From positions 1,094,657 through 1,158,656 of the forward strand of contig CP129476.1 in NCBI GenBank assembly GCA_030583805.1: a DNA stretch of 64,000 bases, written 5' to 3'. Below, piece after piece: positions 1 to 7,592 of this stretch. The position numbers were made by a program, and so were the translations under genes. The notes below the pieces were generated by a model. That model was not told the origin of the DNA, made no database searches, and was given only the letters and a program-made list of their open reading frames with translations. The first letter of the stretch is position 1; each line of letters starts with the position of its first letter. The stretch comes from Patescibacteria group bacterium (lineage in GTDB: Bacteria; Patescibacteriota; Patescibacteriia; SG8-24; DYFX01).

Positions 1-567
1 GGCGATTTCGCGGTAGGCGATCTCGACGCGCTCCTGGTAGGCACGGTCGCGCTCGTGCAGGTCTTTTTCCTGGCCCGCGGTATAGGCGCGCGCTTCTTTT
101 TTCTCGACGAGCATGTCGCGCAGCGCGGCGGGAACGGACATGATCAGCGTCAGGTCGGGGCGGGGGAGATTCATGCGGACGAACTCCAGGTCCTCAACCC
201 AAAGGCGGAAGACGGCGCGTTCTTTGGGGTCGGCAAAAAACGCGCTTTCATAGGCCATCGCGGATGCGACAAAGCGATCGGCGACCACGATTTTTCCCGC
301 ATCGAGCCAGCCTTGGATTTTTTCTTTCGTGGTTTGGCGGTCGCGGGCGTACAGCGCGGCCACGACGTAGGCGCCGACGTCATCGCGCGTGCCGAACTCC
401 CCGCGCAGATACATGTCGATAATTTTTGCGGACGGCTGGCCGTGCTGCGGGAAACTGATGGTCTCGACTTCGCGGCCGAGCGAACGCAAGCGCTCGACGA
501 GCATCTTCATCTGCGCGCTCTTGCCGGAGCCGTCTCCGCCTTCGAAATTCAGGAAGAATCCCTTCAT
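1..567 (-). CDS. tmk: Thymidylate kinase (dTMP kinase). The 5' end is complete, with ATG at 567; the 3' end runs off the window.
   Basis: Manual translation of the minus strand from 567 gives MKGFFLNFEGGDGSGKSAQMKMLVERLRS..., the classic Tmk P-loop. It is not in the ORF track because there is no in-window stop. The frame stays open to position 1. Confidence 0.8.
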   Translation of the reverse strand, partial: MKGFFLNFEGGDGSGKSAQMKMLVERLRSLGREVETISFPQHGQPSAKIIDMYLRGEFGTRDDVGAYVVAALYARDRQTTKEKIQGWLDAGKIVVADRFVASAMAYESAFFADPKERAVFRLWVEDLEFVRMNLPRPDLTLIMSVPAALRDMLVEKKEARAYTAGQEKDLHERDRAYQERVEIAYREIA

Positions 568-568
568 G

Positions 569-2194
569 TCAGGATTTAGCTTCGAGTTCGGCTTCCTTCA
601 CGCGCTGCTTGGCTTCGGAATCCGCGCGGCTCCAGAAGTAGTCGTTGTGGTCGGCGAATTTCATCGCCTCCGCGCGCCACGAAGAACGGGCAGCGACGGC
701 CTTGTGCATCAGCTGGGCGACGCGGCGGTATGTCGGGTGGCCCTGCGGCGTCGAGCGCAGTTCGATCAGGTGCATGAGCGCGCGGTCGTTGATGCCGAGC
801 GTCCAGCGGACGAGGTTGCCGTGCAAGGTCGCGTACGGAGCCTGTTCCGGGAAATCGGAAAGCAAACGCTCGTAAAGCGCGATGGCTTTCTGTTGGCAGG
901 CCTCGGCGCGATCAGCGAAGCCGGCTTTCTTCAGGTCTTCCGGCATGGAGAATCCGTGGAGCGGCGTGAACTTCTGGCGTTCCTGGCTGGCCATGCGGTG
1001 CCGCTCCAGATCCTTATAGGTGCCGTAGTCGACCAGCATGTCGAAGGTATACGGGTAGCCGCCTTCCAGCGCGCGACCCGGGCGGTCGCGGCGGCTCTTG
1101 CGGTTGCCGATGTAGGTCGCGATGATCGCGTTGCGCTTTTCGTCAGACAACGACTTCACCACCTCGCGGATTTGCGCGAGCGGGTGGGTGAGGTGCGGGT
1201 ACAGCATGAGCGCGAGCGTGAGATCGTCGGCTTCGCGTTCCGTGGCGGTGCGGTCCAAGAGCGCGACGGGCGCGGCCTCCTGCGGCGCAATGCCTGCGAA
1301 GAGCGCTTGTGCGAGCGTGCGGACGGCGTTCCTGGTCTCGATCGTGTACTCGTTCGCTTTCGCGCGTTTGACGTACCGCGGAATGATTTTTTCAAGCGCG
1401 GCGTGCGTGCGCGCGGCGACGTCCCGCGCTTCCGGAAGCGCCGAGGAGTAGCAATGCGTCATGACCGTCTGGAAGAAACGGCCGTTGCCGAAAATGCCGA
1501 CGTTGGTGAGCGTCGAAAGCGGCAAAAGCGCGCGGAGCGTGTCGCAGGCTTTCGATCGGATATCGGCTTGATAGGTGATGCGGAAGGCTTTCTGCTGCTT
1601 CTCGTCCGTGAGCTCGGCGTAGCGTTCCTTCACGCCGTCGCCGTTCACGTCGTATTCGGCGGCATCGAGCGGCTTGAGCTGCTCGTAGTACGCCTTCATG
1701 GGCGGGATCAATTCGCAGTACGTCGAGAAAATAAAATCCATCGTTTCGACGTACGCGCCGGCATGCGCGGAAGCCATGATGGCCGGATCGCGGTAATAGC
1801 GATAGCGGCCTTCGGCGTCTTTCTGATCGTAAAACACGTAGCGCGTCGACTGCTCGATGGGGGAGCCGCCGATGCGGCGATCCTCGATTTCTTTGGTGAC
1901 GAGCGTCGAGATGCTTTCAAATGAAACGTGCGCGCCCTCGAGCTCGCCGACGGAGTCGTCGCCGTAGGCGATCAAGACGCGCTCGATCAGGTCGCCGGCC
2001 TTCTTGGCGTCGATGGCGCCTTCGCGGATGAACTCCTTGAGGAGCGTTTCGCGGAAACCGCCAGGTGCTCGGCTGTAGCGCGCGTAGACCGCGCCCGTCA
2101 TGCCGTCCAGGCCCTTCACGGCAAAGATGTCGTCTTCCGTGCTGGTGACGTACGGGGCAAGGAGAGCCTTTTCTTCATCGGAAAATTTCGGCAT
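569..2194 (-). CDS. thyX: Flavin-dependent thymidylate synthase ThyX, long tandem-fused form (two ThyX-like halves, about 542 aa).
   Basis: The C-terminal half carries the ThyX signature RHRmasqerq and a conserved C-terminal helix. The N-terminal half is ThyX-like, but the RHR is degenerated to DRRIGGS...STRY. ATG at 2194 (MPKFSDEE); the in-frame extension to 2320 is unlikely to be translated. Confidence 0.6.
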   Translation of the reverse strand: MPKFSDEEKALLAPYVTSTEDDIFAVKGLDGMTGAVYARYSRAPGGFRETLLKEFIREGAIDAKKAGDLIERVLIAYGDDSVGELEGAHVSFESISTLVTKEIEDRRIGGSPIEQSTRYVFYDQKDAEGRYRYYRDPAIMASAHAGAYVETMDFIFSTYCELIPPMKAYYEQLKPLDAAEYDVNGDGVKERYAELTDEKQQKAFRITYQADIRSKACDTLRALLPLSTLTNVGIFGNGRFFQTVMTHCYSSALPEARDVAARTHAALEKIIPRYVKRAKANEYTIETRNAVRTLAQALFAGIAPQEAAPVALLDRTATEREADDLTLALMLYPHLTHPLAQIREVVKSLSDEKRNAIIATYIGNRKSRRDRPGRALEGGYPYTFDMLVDYGTYKDLERHRMASQERQKFTPLHGFSMPEDLKKAGFADRAEACQQKAIALYERLLSDFPEQAPYATLHGNLVRWTLGINDRALMHLIELRSTPQGHPTYRRVAQLMHKAVAARSSWRAEAMKFADHNDYFWSRADSEAKQRVKEAELEAKS

Positions 2195-2294
2195 GGAGTG
2201 GCGGGTAAGGATTCGTTTCTGCAGTACATCACCCCGCTTCGACCTGTTGAAGTGGACAAGCCTGTGGATAAGAAAAAAGGGGCCCCAAGCCCCT

Positions 2295-2720
2295 TTATCC
2301 GGTGGTGCCGAAGCCGCCACGCGTTTTGTCGGTCAGCGCCGGGCCCTCGTCCCAAACGGCGCGGTCGATGCGGACAAAGCCGGCCTGGCAAACGCGGTCG
2401 CCTTTTTTGATTTCGACCGGTGCGTCGGTGAAGTTCATGACGCGGAGCTTGAGTTCATCCTCGGGACCGCAGTAATCCTGATCGATGATGCCGATGCCGT
2501 GCGGCAGCTGGACGCCTTTTTTCGGCGTCGAGGAACGTGAAGCGACAAGCAACATGTAGCCTTCGGGAATGCCGAAAACGAGGCCGGTCGGAAGGTCGGC
2601 CATGCTTTTCGGTTCGAGCACGATATCCTCGACACAAACAATGTCGAAACAGACGGCGCCCGGCGTCTTGTATTCGGGCAACGCGGCGTCGGGCCGCGTG
2701 CGGGTGATGCGGACGTGCAT
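2295..2720 (-). CDS. dut: dUTP diphosphatase (dUTPase).
   Basis: Conserved dUTPase motifs: GLVFGIPEGY, SRSS, GIIDQDYCG and a C-terminal GGFGTTG. ATGA overlap with the upstream kinase gene. Confidence 0.9.
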   Translation of the reverse strand: MHVRITRTRPDAALPEYKTPGAVCFDIVCVEDIVLEPKSMADLPTGLVFGIPEGYMLLVASRSSTPKKGVQLPHGIGIIDQDYCGPEDELKLRVMNFTDAPVEIKKGDRVCQAGFVRIDRAVWDEGPALTDKTRGGFGTTG

Positions 2721-3325
2721 CAGAGTGTCGGGTGAATTTTGTTGCGATGCGGATGCGGGTGGTCGAAGTCGCCGGCTTTGATGTACTCGACGATCGATTC
2801 CATCGAGGTATACAGCTCCTCGATCTTGCCGCTGTTGTCGACGATGAATTCTGCCTTCTGTCCGATCGCCTTGATCTCGAGTTCCGTCGGCAGGAGTTCT
2901 TCTTGCTTGAATTGTTCGAGCGTCATCGTCGCTTCCGTGGCTTTTTCTCCGCGCTTGCGAGCGCGCTCCCAGCGGAGTTCCACCGGGGCGGTGACGTATA
3001 TCAGATGGAAGCCGGAAAGCTCTTTCAGATTCGCGTAGTCGGCCGGGCGGCGGATGCCGTCGACAACGACCAAAGCGTCCTCGGAGTTCTTGGCGTCTTC
3101 CGCGACGACGCGAGCGTACAAGTCTTCACCGTATGCCTTGCGGGTGAATTCGGAAAACGCCGTCAGGTTCTCGCGGGAGAGGGGAACGAGCAGGCGCTTC
3201 AGGCAATCTTTCATCGGCGTCGAAAACGCCAGCGTTTTCGCACGGTACTTTTCGAGCAGGTAAGCGGCGACGGTGCCTTTGCCGGAAGCGGCTTCACCGA
3301 CCAGGCCGATGATGATCTTGTTCAT
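2720..3325 (-). CDS. P-loop deoxynucleotide monophosphate kinase-like protein (T4 gene 1-like dNMP kinase family), 201 aa.
   Basis: Real start is MNKIIIGLVGEAASGKGT at 3325. It has the non-canonical Walker A GxxxxGKGT, as T4 gp1 has GKDT, and a D-G-x-R-R-P motif resembling the T4 dNMP kinase DTRQD region. It is paralogous to ORF 14352-15008. ATGA overlaps on both sides. Confidence 0.55.
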   Translation of the reverse strand: MNKIIIGLVGEAASGKGTVAAYLLEKYRAKTLAFSTPMKDCLKRLLVPLSRENLTAFSEFTRKAYGEDLYARVVAEDAKNSEDALVVVDGIRRPADYANLKELSGFHLIYVTAPVELRWERARKRGEKATEATMTLEQFKQEELLPTELEIKAIGQKAEFIVDNSGKIEELYTSMESIVEYIKAGDFDHPHPHRNKIHPTL

Positions 3326-3837
3326 GCTTTGGAGACGTAATTTTCGAGAGGTGCGGTGAAGGCGTGCGCCAGGCGCTCGGTCCATTCGCGCGACGGCTGG
3401 TAGGAATCGAGCGTGATGCCCGCTTCCGGCAGCGCGGCGACGACGGCAGGGGAGCGATACTCGGCGCCGGCCACGATGCGTTTCACGCCGGCACCGGCCA
3501 ACGCCTTGAAACAATGGTAGCAAGGCGAGTGGGTCGTATAGAGCGTCGAGCCGACGGTGCCGTTACCGCCCATGACGGCGGCTTGAAGCACGCAGTTCTC
3601 TTCGGCGTGGACCGTGCGGATGCAGTGGTTCTCTTCCATGAGATGGCCGGCCGGGCCGTCGCAATGCGGCATGCCGGGCGGCGCGCCATTGTAGCCCGTC
3701 GCCACGATGCGGCGGTCTTTCACCAGAACCGCGCCGACCTGGAGGCGGTTGCAGGTGCCGCGCGTCGCCACGATCTTGGCGATGCCCATGAAATAGTCGT
3801 CCCAGGACGGGCGTTGGAGAGAGGTCATAGTGTTCAA
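3322..3837 (-). CDS. dCMP deaminase (deoxycytidylate deaminase).
   Basis: Zinc-binding motifs HAEENCVLQAA and PCYHCFKAL of the CDA/dCMP deaminase fold; 171 aa. Confidence 0.85.
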   Translation of the reverse strand: MNTMTSLQRPSWDDYFMGIAKIVATRGTCNRLQVGAVLVKDRRIVATGYNGAPPGMPHCDGPAGHLMEENHCIRTVHAEENCVLQAAVMGGNGTVGSTLYTTHSPCYHCFKALAGAGVKRIVAGAEYRSPAVVAALPEAGITLDSYQPSREWTERLAHAFTAPLENYVSKA

Positions 3838-3906
3838 ACCTTACCGCCTCGGGCGAGGCGTCGCAAGTGACGAAAAACCGACCCCTTTCGGGATCGGTTC
3901 TTTCGC

Positions 3907-4578
3907 TTAGATCGTGCGGATGGCCGGACCCATGGTGGTCGCGACCGTGGCAGTCTTCAGGTAGACGCCCTTCGAAGAGGACGGCTTGATTTTGCGGATG
4001 GCTTCGAGCAGCGCTTCGTAGTTCTCGGCGAGCGCCTTGGCGTCGAACGAGACCTTGCCGATCACGGTGTGCACGATGCCGTAGTCATCGCTCTTGAAAG
4101 CGACTTTGCCCTTCTTGGGTTCCGAGACCATCTTGGTCACGTTCGTGCTGACGGTTTCGGATTTCGGGTTCGGCATGAGGCCCTTCGGACCGAGGACTTT
4201 CGCGACCTTGGCCATCTTCGGCATCATGTCCGGCGTGGCGACCGCGAGGTCCCATTCGAACTTGCCGGTCTTGGCGATCTCGGCGATCGTTTCTTCCGTG
4301 CCGATCGCGTCGGCGCCGGCGTCCTTCGCTTCCTTCTCCTTGTCGGCGGAGACGAAGGCGATGATCTTTTTGGTCTTGCCGCTGCCGTTCGGAAGCGAGA
4401 CCGTGCCGCGAACCTGCTGGTCGGACTTCTTCGGGTCGATGCCGAGGCGGATGTGAACTTCCACCGTGCCGTCGAACTTCGTCGTCGAGGTCTGCTTGGC
4501 CAGCTCCATCGCTTCGGCGGTCGAATACGTTTTCTTCGGATCGACGAGCGCGGCCGCGGCCTTGAATTTCTTGCCCAT
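3907..4578 (-). CDS. rplA: 50S ribosomal protein L1.
   Basis: Full-length L1 sequence: MGKKFKAAAALVDPKKTYS...GTVSLPNGSGKTKKI... Confidence 0.95.
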   Translation of the reverse strand: MGKKFKAAAALVDPKKTYSTAEAMELAKQTSTTKFDGTVEVHIRLGIDPKKSDQQVRGTVSLPNGSGKTKKIIAFVSADKEKEAKDAGADAIGTEETIAEIAKTGKFEWDLAVATPDMMPKMAKVAKVLGPKGLMPNPKSETVSTNVTKMVSEPKKGKVAFKSDDYGIVHTVIGKVSFDAKALAENYEALLEAIRKIKPSSSKGVYLKTATVATTMGPAIRTI

Positions 4579-4627
4579 ATCGTGTGGTCAGGTGCCTTTC
4601 GGCTCCCACATGCGTTAGAACTTAATG

Positions 4628-4655
4628 CCCGTATCCTAGGGGATACGGGCATTCC
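4628..4655 (-). promoter_or_regulatory. Perfect 10-bp inverted repeat (gcccgtatcc tagg ggatacgggc) in the rplA 5' leader. No U-tract follows it. Candidate regulatory or processing hairpin.
   Basis: Read directly from the sequence between the membrane-protein stop at 4669 and the rplA start at 4578. Confidence 0.4.
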
Positions 4656-4668
4656 TGTCAACCTTCTT

Positions 4669-5082
4669 TTAGGCGTTCATCTTGAGCTCCGTCTCGCGCT
4701 CTTTCTGCACCCACTTGAAGTGGAGGAGGAAGAGCGGGCCGGCGACGGCGAGCATCGAGATCCATTGGACGAGATCGCGCTGGCGCTCGGCGGATTTCTG
4801 CTCGGCCAAACCGCGTTCGCATTCAGCCTTGCGCTGGCTCTTTTCTTCGTCGCTGAGCGGCTTGGGCGCTTCGCCGTCTTTCATCATTTCGACCGGCAGG
4901 GCGCGCGGCTCGTAGTAGGTCATGCCCGCTTCGTCGCAGCGCATGCCGTACGCGTTGTCGGCCTTGGTGAAGACGTACGTTTTCAAGCCGAGGTTCAGGA
5001 GCGAGATCAGCGCGATGACCGACATGATCAGGAAGATCAGGGTCGCCGCGTAGAAATAAATCTGGCGGATGGTGTTTTTCAT
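4669..5082 (-). CDS. Small membrane protein (hypothetical) inserted between rplK and rplA.
   Basis: ATG at 5082 gives MKNTIRQIYFYAATLIFLIMSVIALISLLNLGL, an N-terminal TM helix. The ORF is in the six-frame track. An intrinsic terminator lies upstream. Confidence 0.5.
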   Translation of the reverse strand: MKNTIRQIYFYAATLIFLIMSVIALISLLNLGLKTYVFTKADNAYGMRCDEAGMTYYEPRALPVEMMKDGEAPKPLSDEEKSQRKAECERGLAEQKSAERQRDLVQWISMLAVAGPLFLLHFKWVQKERETELKMNA

Positions 5083-5119
5083 ATGTGACCAGCTTGCCAA
5101 AAAAACGGCCTTTTTGCAA

Positions 5120-5148
5120 CAAAAGACTCCCTCGCGGGAGTCTTTTTC
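5120..5148 (-). terminator. Intrinsic terminator just after the rplK stop. It uncouples rplK from the downstream inserted gene and rplA.
   Basis: Hairpin agactccc-tcgc-gggagtct flanked by A/T runs. Confidence 0.55.
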
Positions 5149-5150
5149 TC

Positions 5151-5576
5151 TTACGGCTTCACTTCGAGGCCCATCTGGCGCGCGGTACCTTCGATGGTAC
5201 GCATGGCCGATTCGATGGAGGTCGTGTTCAGGTCGGGAAGCTTCTTCTCCGCGATTTCGCGGATCTGGGCTTTCGTGACCTTGCCGACTTTCTCCTGGAG
5301 CGGCTTGCCGGAACCTTTTTCGAGGCCGGCGGCCTTCATGAGGAGGGTCGAAGCGGGCGGCGTCTTGAGGACGAAGTCGAACGAACGATCTTCGTAGATG
5401 GTCAGGACGGCCGGGATGATGTCGCCGCCGAGCTTGGCGGTGGCGGCGTTGAACTTCTGGACGAAGTCCTGGATGTTCACGCCGTGCTGGCCCAGGGTCG
5501 GACCGATCGGCGGGGCGGGAGTCGCCTTGCCGGCCGGGGCCTGGATTTTGACGATGGCTTTGACTTTCTTGGCCAT
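5151..5576 (-). CDS. rplK: 50S ribosomal protein L11.
   Basis: [35 protein letters not shown]...; ATG at 5576. The ORF-track N-terminal extension is spurious. Confidence 0.95.
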   Translation of the reverse strand: MAKKVKAIVKIQAPAGKATPAPPIGPTLGQHGVNIQDFVQKFNAATAKLGGDIIPAVLTIYEDRSFDFVLKTPPASTLLMKAAGLEKGSGKPLQEKVGKVTKAQIREIAEKKLPDLNTTSIESAMRTIEGTARQMGLEVKP

Positions 5577-5721
5577 GGATATGGTTTTGCGCGTCGGGAG
5601 AAGCTGGCCTAAACGGCCACGCCGCGCACGTAGCCGGAGAGTACCGGAAACCTGTCGATTTGGCAAGGGGAGCGATTGACGAAGGGAAACAGAGGGCATA
5701 CCCTCGCGGTAGGAGGTTTCC

Positions 5722-5877
5722 ATGCTTCTAGAGATCATCCAAACCCTCGAAGCGATCGGGACTTTCCTGTTCGCCATCGCCGTGACGATCGCGTGCATGC
5801 CCCTCTGGCCGATCTTCGGCCTTGCCACGGCGCTATGGCTCACGGACCGGAAGTCGTCGCCGCTGTTTATCTCGTAG
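5722..5877 (+). CDS. Small hydrophobic protein, 51 aa ([51 protein letters not shown]).
   Basis: Strong SD aggagg 5 nt upstream of the ATG, immediately followed by a terminator hairpin. It falls below the ORF-track length cut-off. Confidence 0.35.
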   Translation: MLLEIIQTLEAIGTFLFAIAVTIACMPLWPIFGLATALWLTDRKSSPLFIS

Positions 5878-5883
5878 TACGTC

Positions 5884-5911
5884 AACGCCCCGGCATAGCC
5901 GAGGCGTTTTT
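5884..5911 (+). terminator. Intrinsic terminator hairpin (aacgccccggc-ata-gccgaggcgtt + TTTTT); copy 1 of a 30-bp repeated element.
   Basis: The stem, loop and T-tract are visible in the sequence. An identical sequence is at 6242-6269. Confidence 0.6.
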
Positions 5912-5968
5912 CAGTATTGGAACGTTGACAGGTAGGGTAAAATATGATGACCTGCGGCGTAGGAGGAA

Positions 5969-6235
5969 ATGATGGCGAAGCGATACAGAATCACGATCGC
6001 AACTTCGCAGGAACTGAGCGACGCTCTGGAGTCCACTCGCGCAGCAACCGGTCGTGACACCGTCAGCGATGTCGTGCGCGACAGCCTGGACTTCTACGAT
6101 CTTATCGTCCAGAAGATACGCGAAGGCAAGCACATCTACATCGGTGATTCCCGCGAGTCGGCCGGAGAAGTGCTCTTGCCGCGACTCGAACGCGCGCGCG
6201 GCCATCGGCTCGCTTCCGAAGACGACGGTTCCTGA
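5969..6235 (+). CDS. Small ribbon-helix-helix-like protein, 88 aa ([28 protein letters not shown]...).
   Basis: SD aggagg with spacing 5 to the ATG at 5972, plus its own terminator. The N-terminal pattern of a beta-strand then a helix is typical of CopG/RHH. It is encoded opposite to nusG and rplK. Confidence 0.45.
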   Translation: MMAKRYRITIATSQELSDALESTRAATGRDTVSDVVRDSLDFYDLIVQKIREGKHIYIGDSRESAGEVLLPRLERARGHRLASEDDGS

Positions 6236-6241
6236 AACACC

Positions 6242-6269
6242 AACGCCCCGGCATAGCCGAGGCGTTTTT
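6242..6269 (+). terminator. Intrinsic terminator hairpin; copy 2 of the 30-bp repeat (identical to 5882-5911).
   Basis: caacgccccggcatagccgaggcgtttttc is repeated verbatim. Confidence 0.6.
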
Positions 6270-6297
6270 CTGTTGAACAAGCGGGTTGTTCTTCCGT

Positions 6298-6843
6298 TTA
6301 GATCTTCTTGACCTGGAGGAAGTCGAGCTCGATCGGCGTTTCGCGGCCGAACATGTTGACGAGCACCTTGATTTTGCCGCGCGCTTCGTCGATTTCGGCG
6401 ACCTTGCCTTCGAAGCCCTTGAACGGGCCGTCGGCGATCGAGACGGGGGAGCCCGGTTCGACGTCGATCTTGTATTCCGGCTCGTCGACGCCCATGCGCT
6501 TCTGGAGGGACTTCACTTCCTCGTCGGAGAGCGGGGTCGGGGTGGTGCCGGTGCCGATGAAGCCGGTGACGTTCGGCGTGTTGCGGACGACGTACCAGGA
6601 GTCGTCGGTCACGACCATTTCGACCAGCACGTAGCCGGGGAAGATCTTCTCTTCAACCGTCTTGCGCTTGCCGTTCTTGATCTTGATCTTCTTTTCCTTC
6701 GGGATCATGACGCCGAAGATCTTGTCCTGCATGTCGAGCGATTCGATACGCTGCTTCAGGTTGTCGGAGACGTTCTCCTCGTAGCCCGAGTAGGTATGGA
6801 TCGCGTACCAGCGACGACCCTGTTGGAGTACTTGTTTCGGCAT
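6298..6843 (-). CDS. nusG: Transcription termination/antitermination factor NusG.
   Basis: NGN and KOW domain sequence: WYAIHTYSGYEENV... and ...GKVAEIDEARGKIKVLVNMFGRETPIEL. Confidence 0.95.
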   Translation of the reverse strand: MPKQVLQQGRRWYAIHTYSGYEENVSDNLKQRIESLDMQDKIFGVMIPKEKKIKIKNGKRKTVEEKIFPGYVLVEMVVTDDSWYVVRNTPNVTGFIGTGTTPTPLSDEEVKSLQKRMGVDEPEYKIDVEPGSPVSIADGPFKGFEGKVAEIDEARGKIKVLVNMFGRETPIELDFLQVKKI

Positions 6844-6846
6844 AGC

Positions 6847-7044
6847 TTACTTGGCGACGACCGCTTGGAGCGCCAGGTTCAATCCGAAGTCGATGCCGCC
6901 GAGGACGGCGGCCGTGCCGATCGAAACGCCGATCACGATGAGGGTCGAAATGATCGTCTGGCGGCGCGTCGGCCAGGTCACCTTTTCGAGCTCCTCCTTC
7001 GCTTCGTAGAAGTACCGGATAACCTTGTTTTCCTTGAGGCTCAT
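6847..7044 (-). CDS. secE: Preprotein translocase subunit SecE.
   Basis: 65 aa, a single TM helix, with the conserved WPTRRQT motif. It lies immediately upstream of nusG. Confidence 0.85.
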   Translation of the reverse strand: MSLKENKVIRYFYEAKEELEKVTWPTRRQTIISTLIVIGVSIGTAAVLGGIDFGLNLALQAVVAK

Positions 7045-7176
7045 ACCAAATGAAGTTTTTTAAAGAGACCCCTGGGGGTCTCTGTTCGCAACTACTGTAG
7101 CACGGCCGGAGATCGGTGTCAATTGACCGTGGCGGCGAGAGGAGTAGGGTGGGGGTACCCTGAACAGGAGGCTGCG

Positions 7177-7509
7177 GTGACGCACCGGTTGGACTGGCCG
7201 TATCCAAGCGTGGCCGAACGCTGGCTCATGCGCTATCTCCGCCTGCTCGGTTTCTGCGTCGCCGGACACGAAACGTTCGAGGCTGCGGCGCGCGCCGGTG
7301 CGGCGGAGGATGATCTGGAAGCGGCGGAGGCATTTTCCCTCCTGCGGCGGCGCGGCTGGGTTGCCCATGCGAACGGCGCGTTCTTTCTTACACGGGACGG
7401 CCAGGCGGCCGCGGAAGCCATCGCGATGTTGTCGAGACAATTGCGCGATCCGGCCGTTCCCATACCCGAGAGATTCCTCCCGAGGCTCGCTTGGACCGAC
7501 GACGACTAA
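7177..7509 (+). CDS. Hypothetical winged-helix-like protein, about 110 aa, with a GTG start.
   Basis: SD aggagg 5 nt upstream of GTG 7177. Motif LLRRRGWVAHANGAFFLTRDGQAAAEAI (wH-like). This is the internal start of track ORF 7123-7509. Confidence 0.4.
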   Translation: MTHRLDWPYPSVAERWLMRYLRLLGFCVAGHETFEAAARAGAAEDDLEAAEAFSLLRRRGWVAHANGAFFLTRDGQAAAEAIAMLSRQLRDPAVPIPERFLPRLAWTDDD

Positions 7510-7592
7510 GACGGTCGTCTTTTTTCTTCTTGACGATGTCGTCGCGCACGGGCAGGCTGAGGCATGAGTCCCAGACTCAGAAGGAGGCCAGC

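Noticed and set aside
55-579. 174-aa plus-strand ORF at the window start.
   Set aside because: It is antisense to the tmk coding sequence, whose P-loop translation is clear on the minus strand. Its composition is R/G/A-rich, as expected for an antisense high-GC artefact.
389-1924. 511-aa plus-strand ORF.
   Set aside because: It is antisense to the ThyX-like gene. The product is low-complexity and R/A/G-rich with no motifs, whereas the minus-strand frame carries the ThyX signature.
7045-7176. Looked for the tRNA-Trp and rpmG that often precede secE, and for a structured RNA.
   Set aside because: No cloverleaf could be drawn. Only a short hairpin (agagacccc-tgg-ggggtctct) with no U-tract is present, and I left it unannotated.
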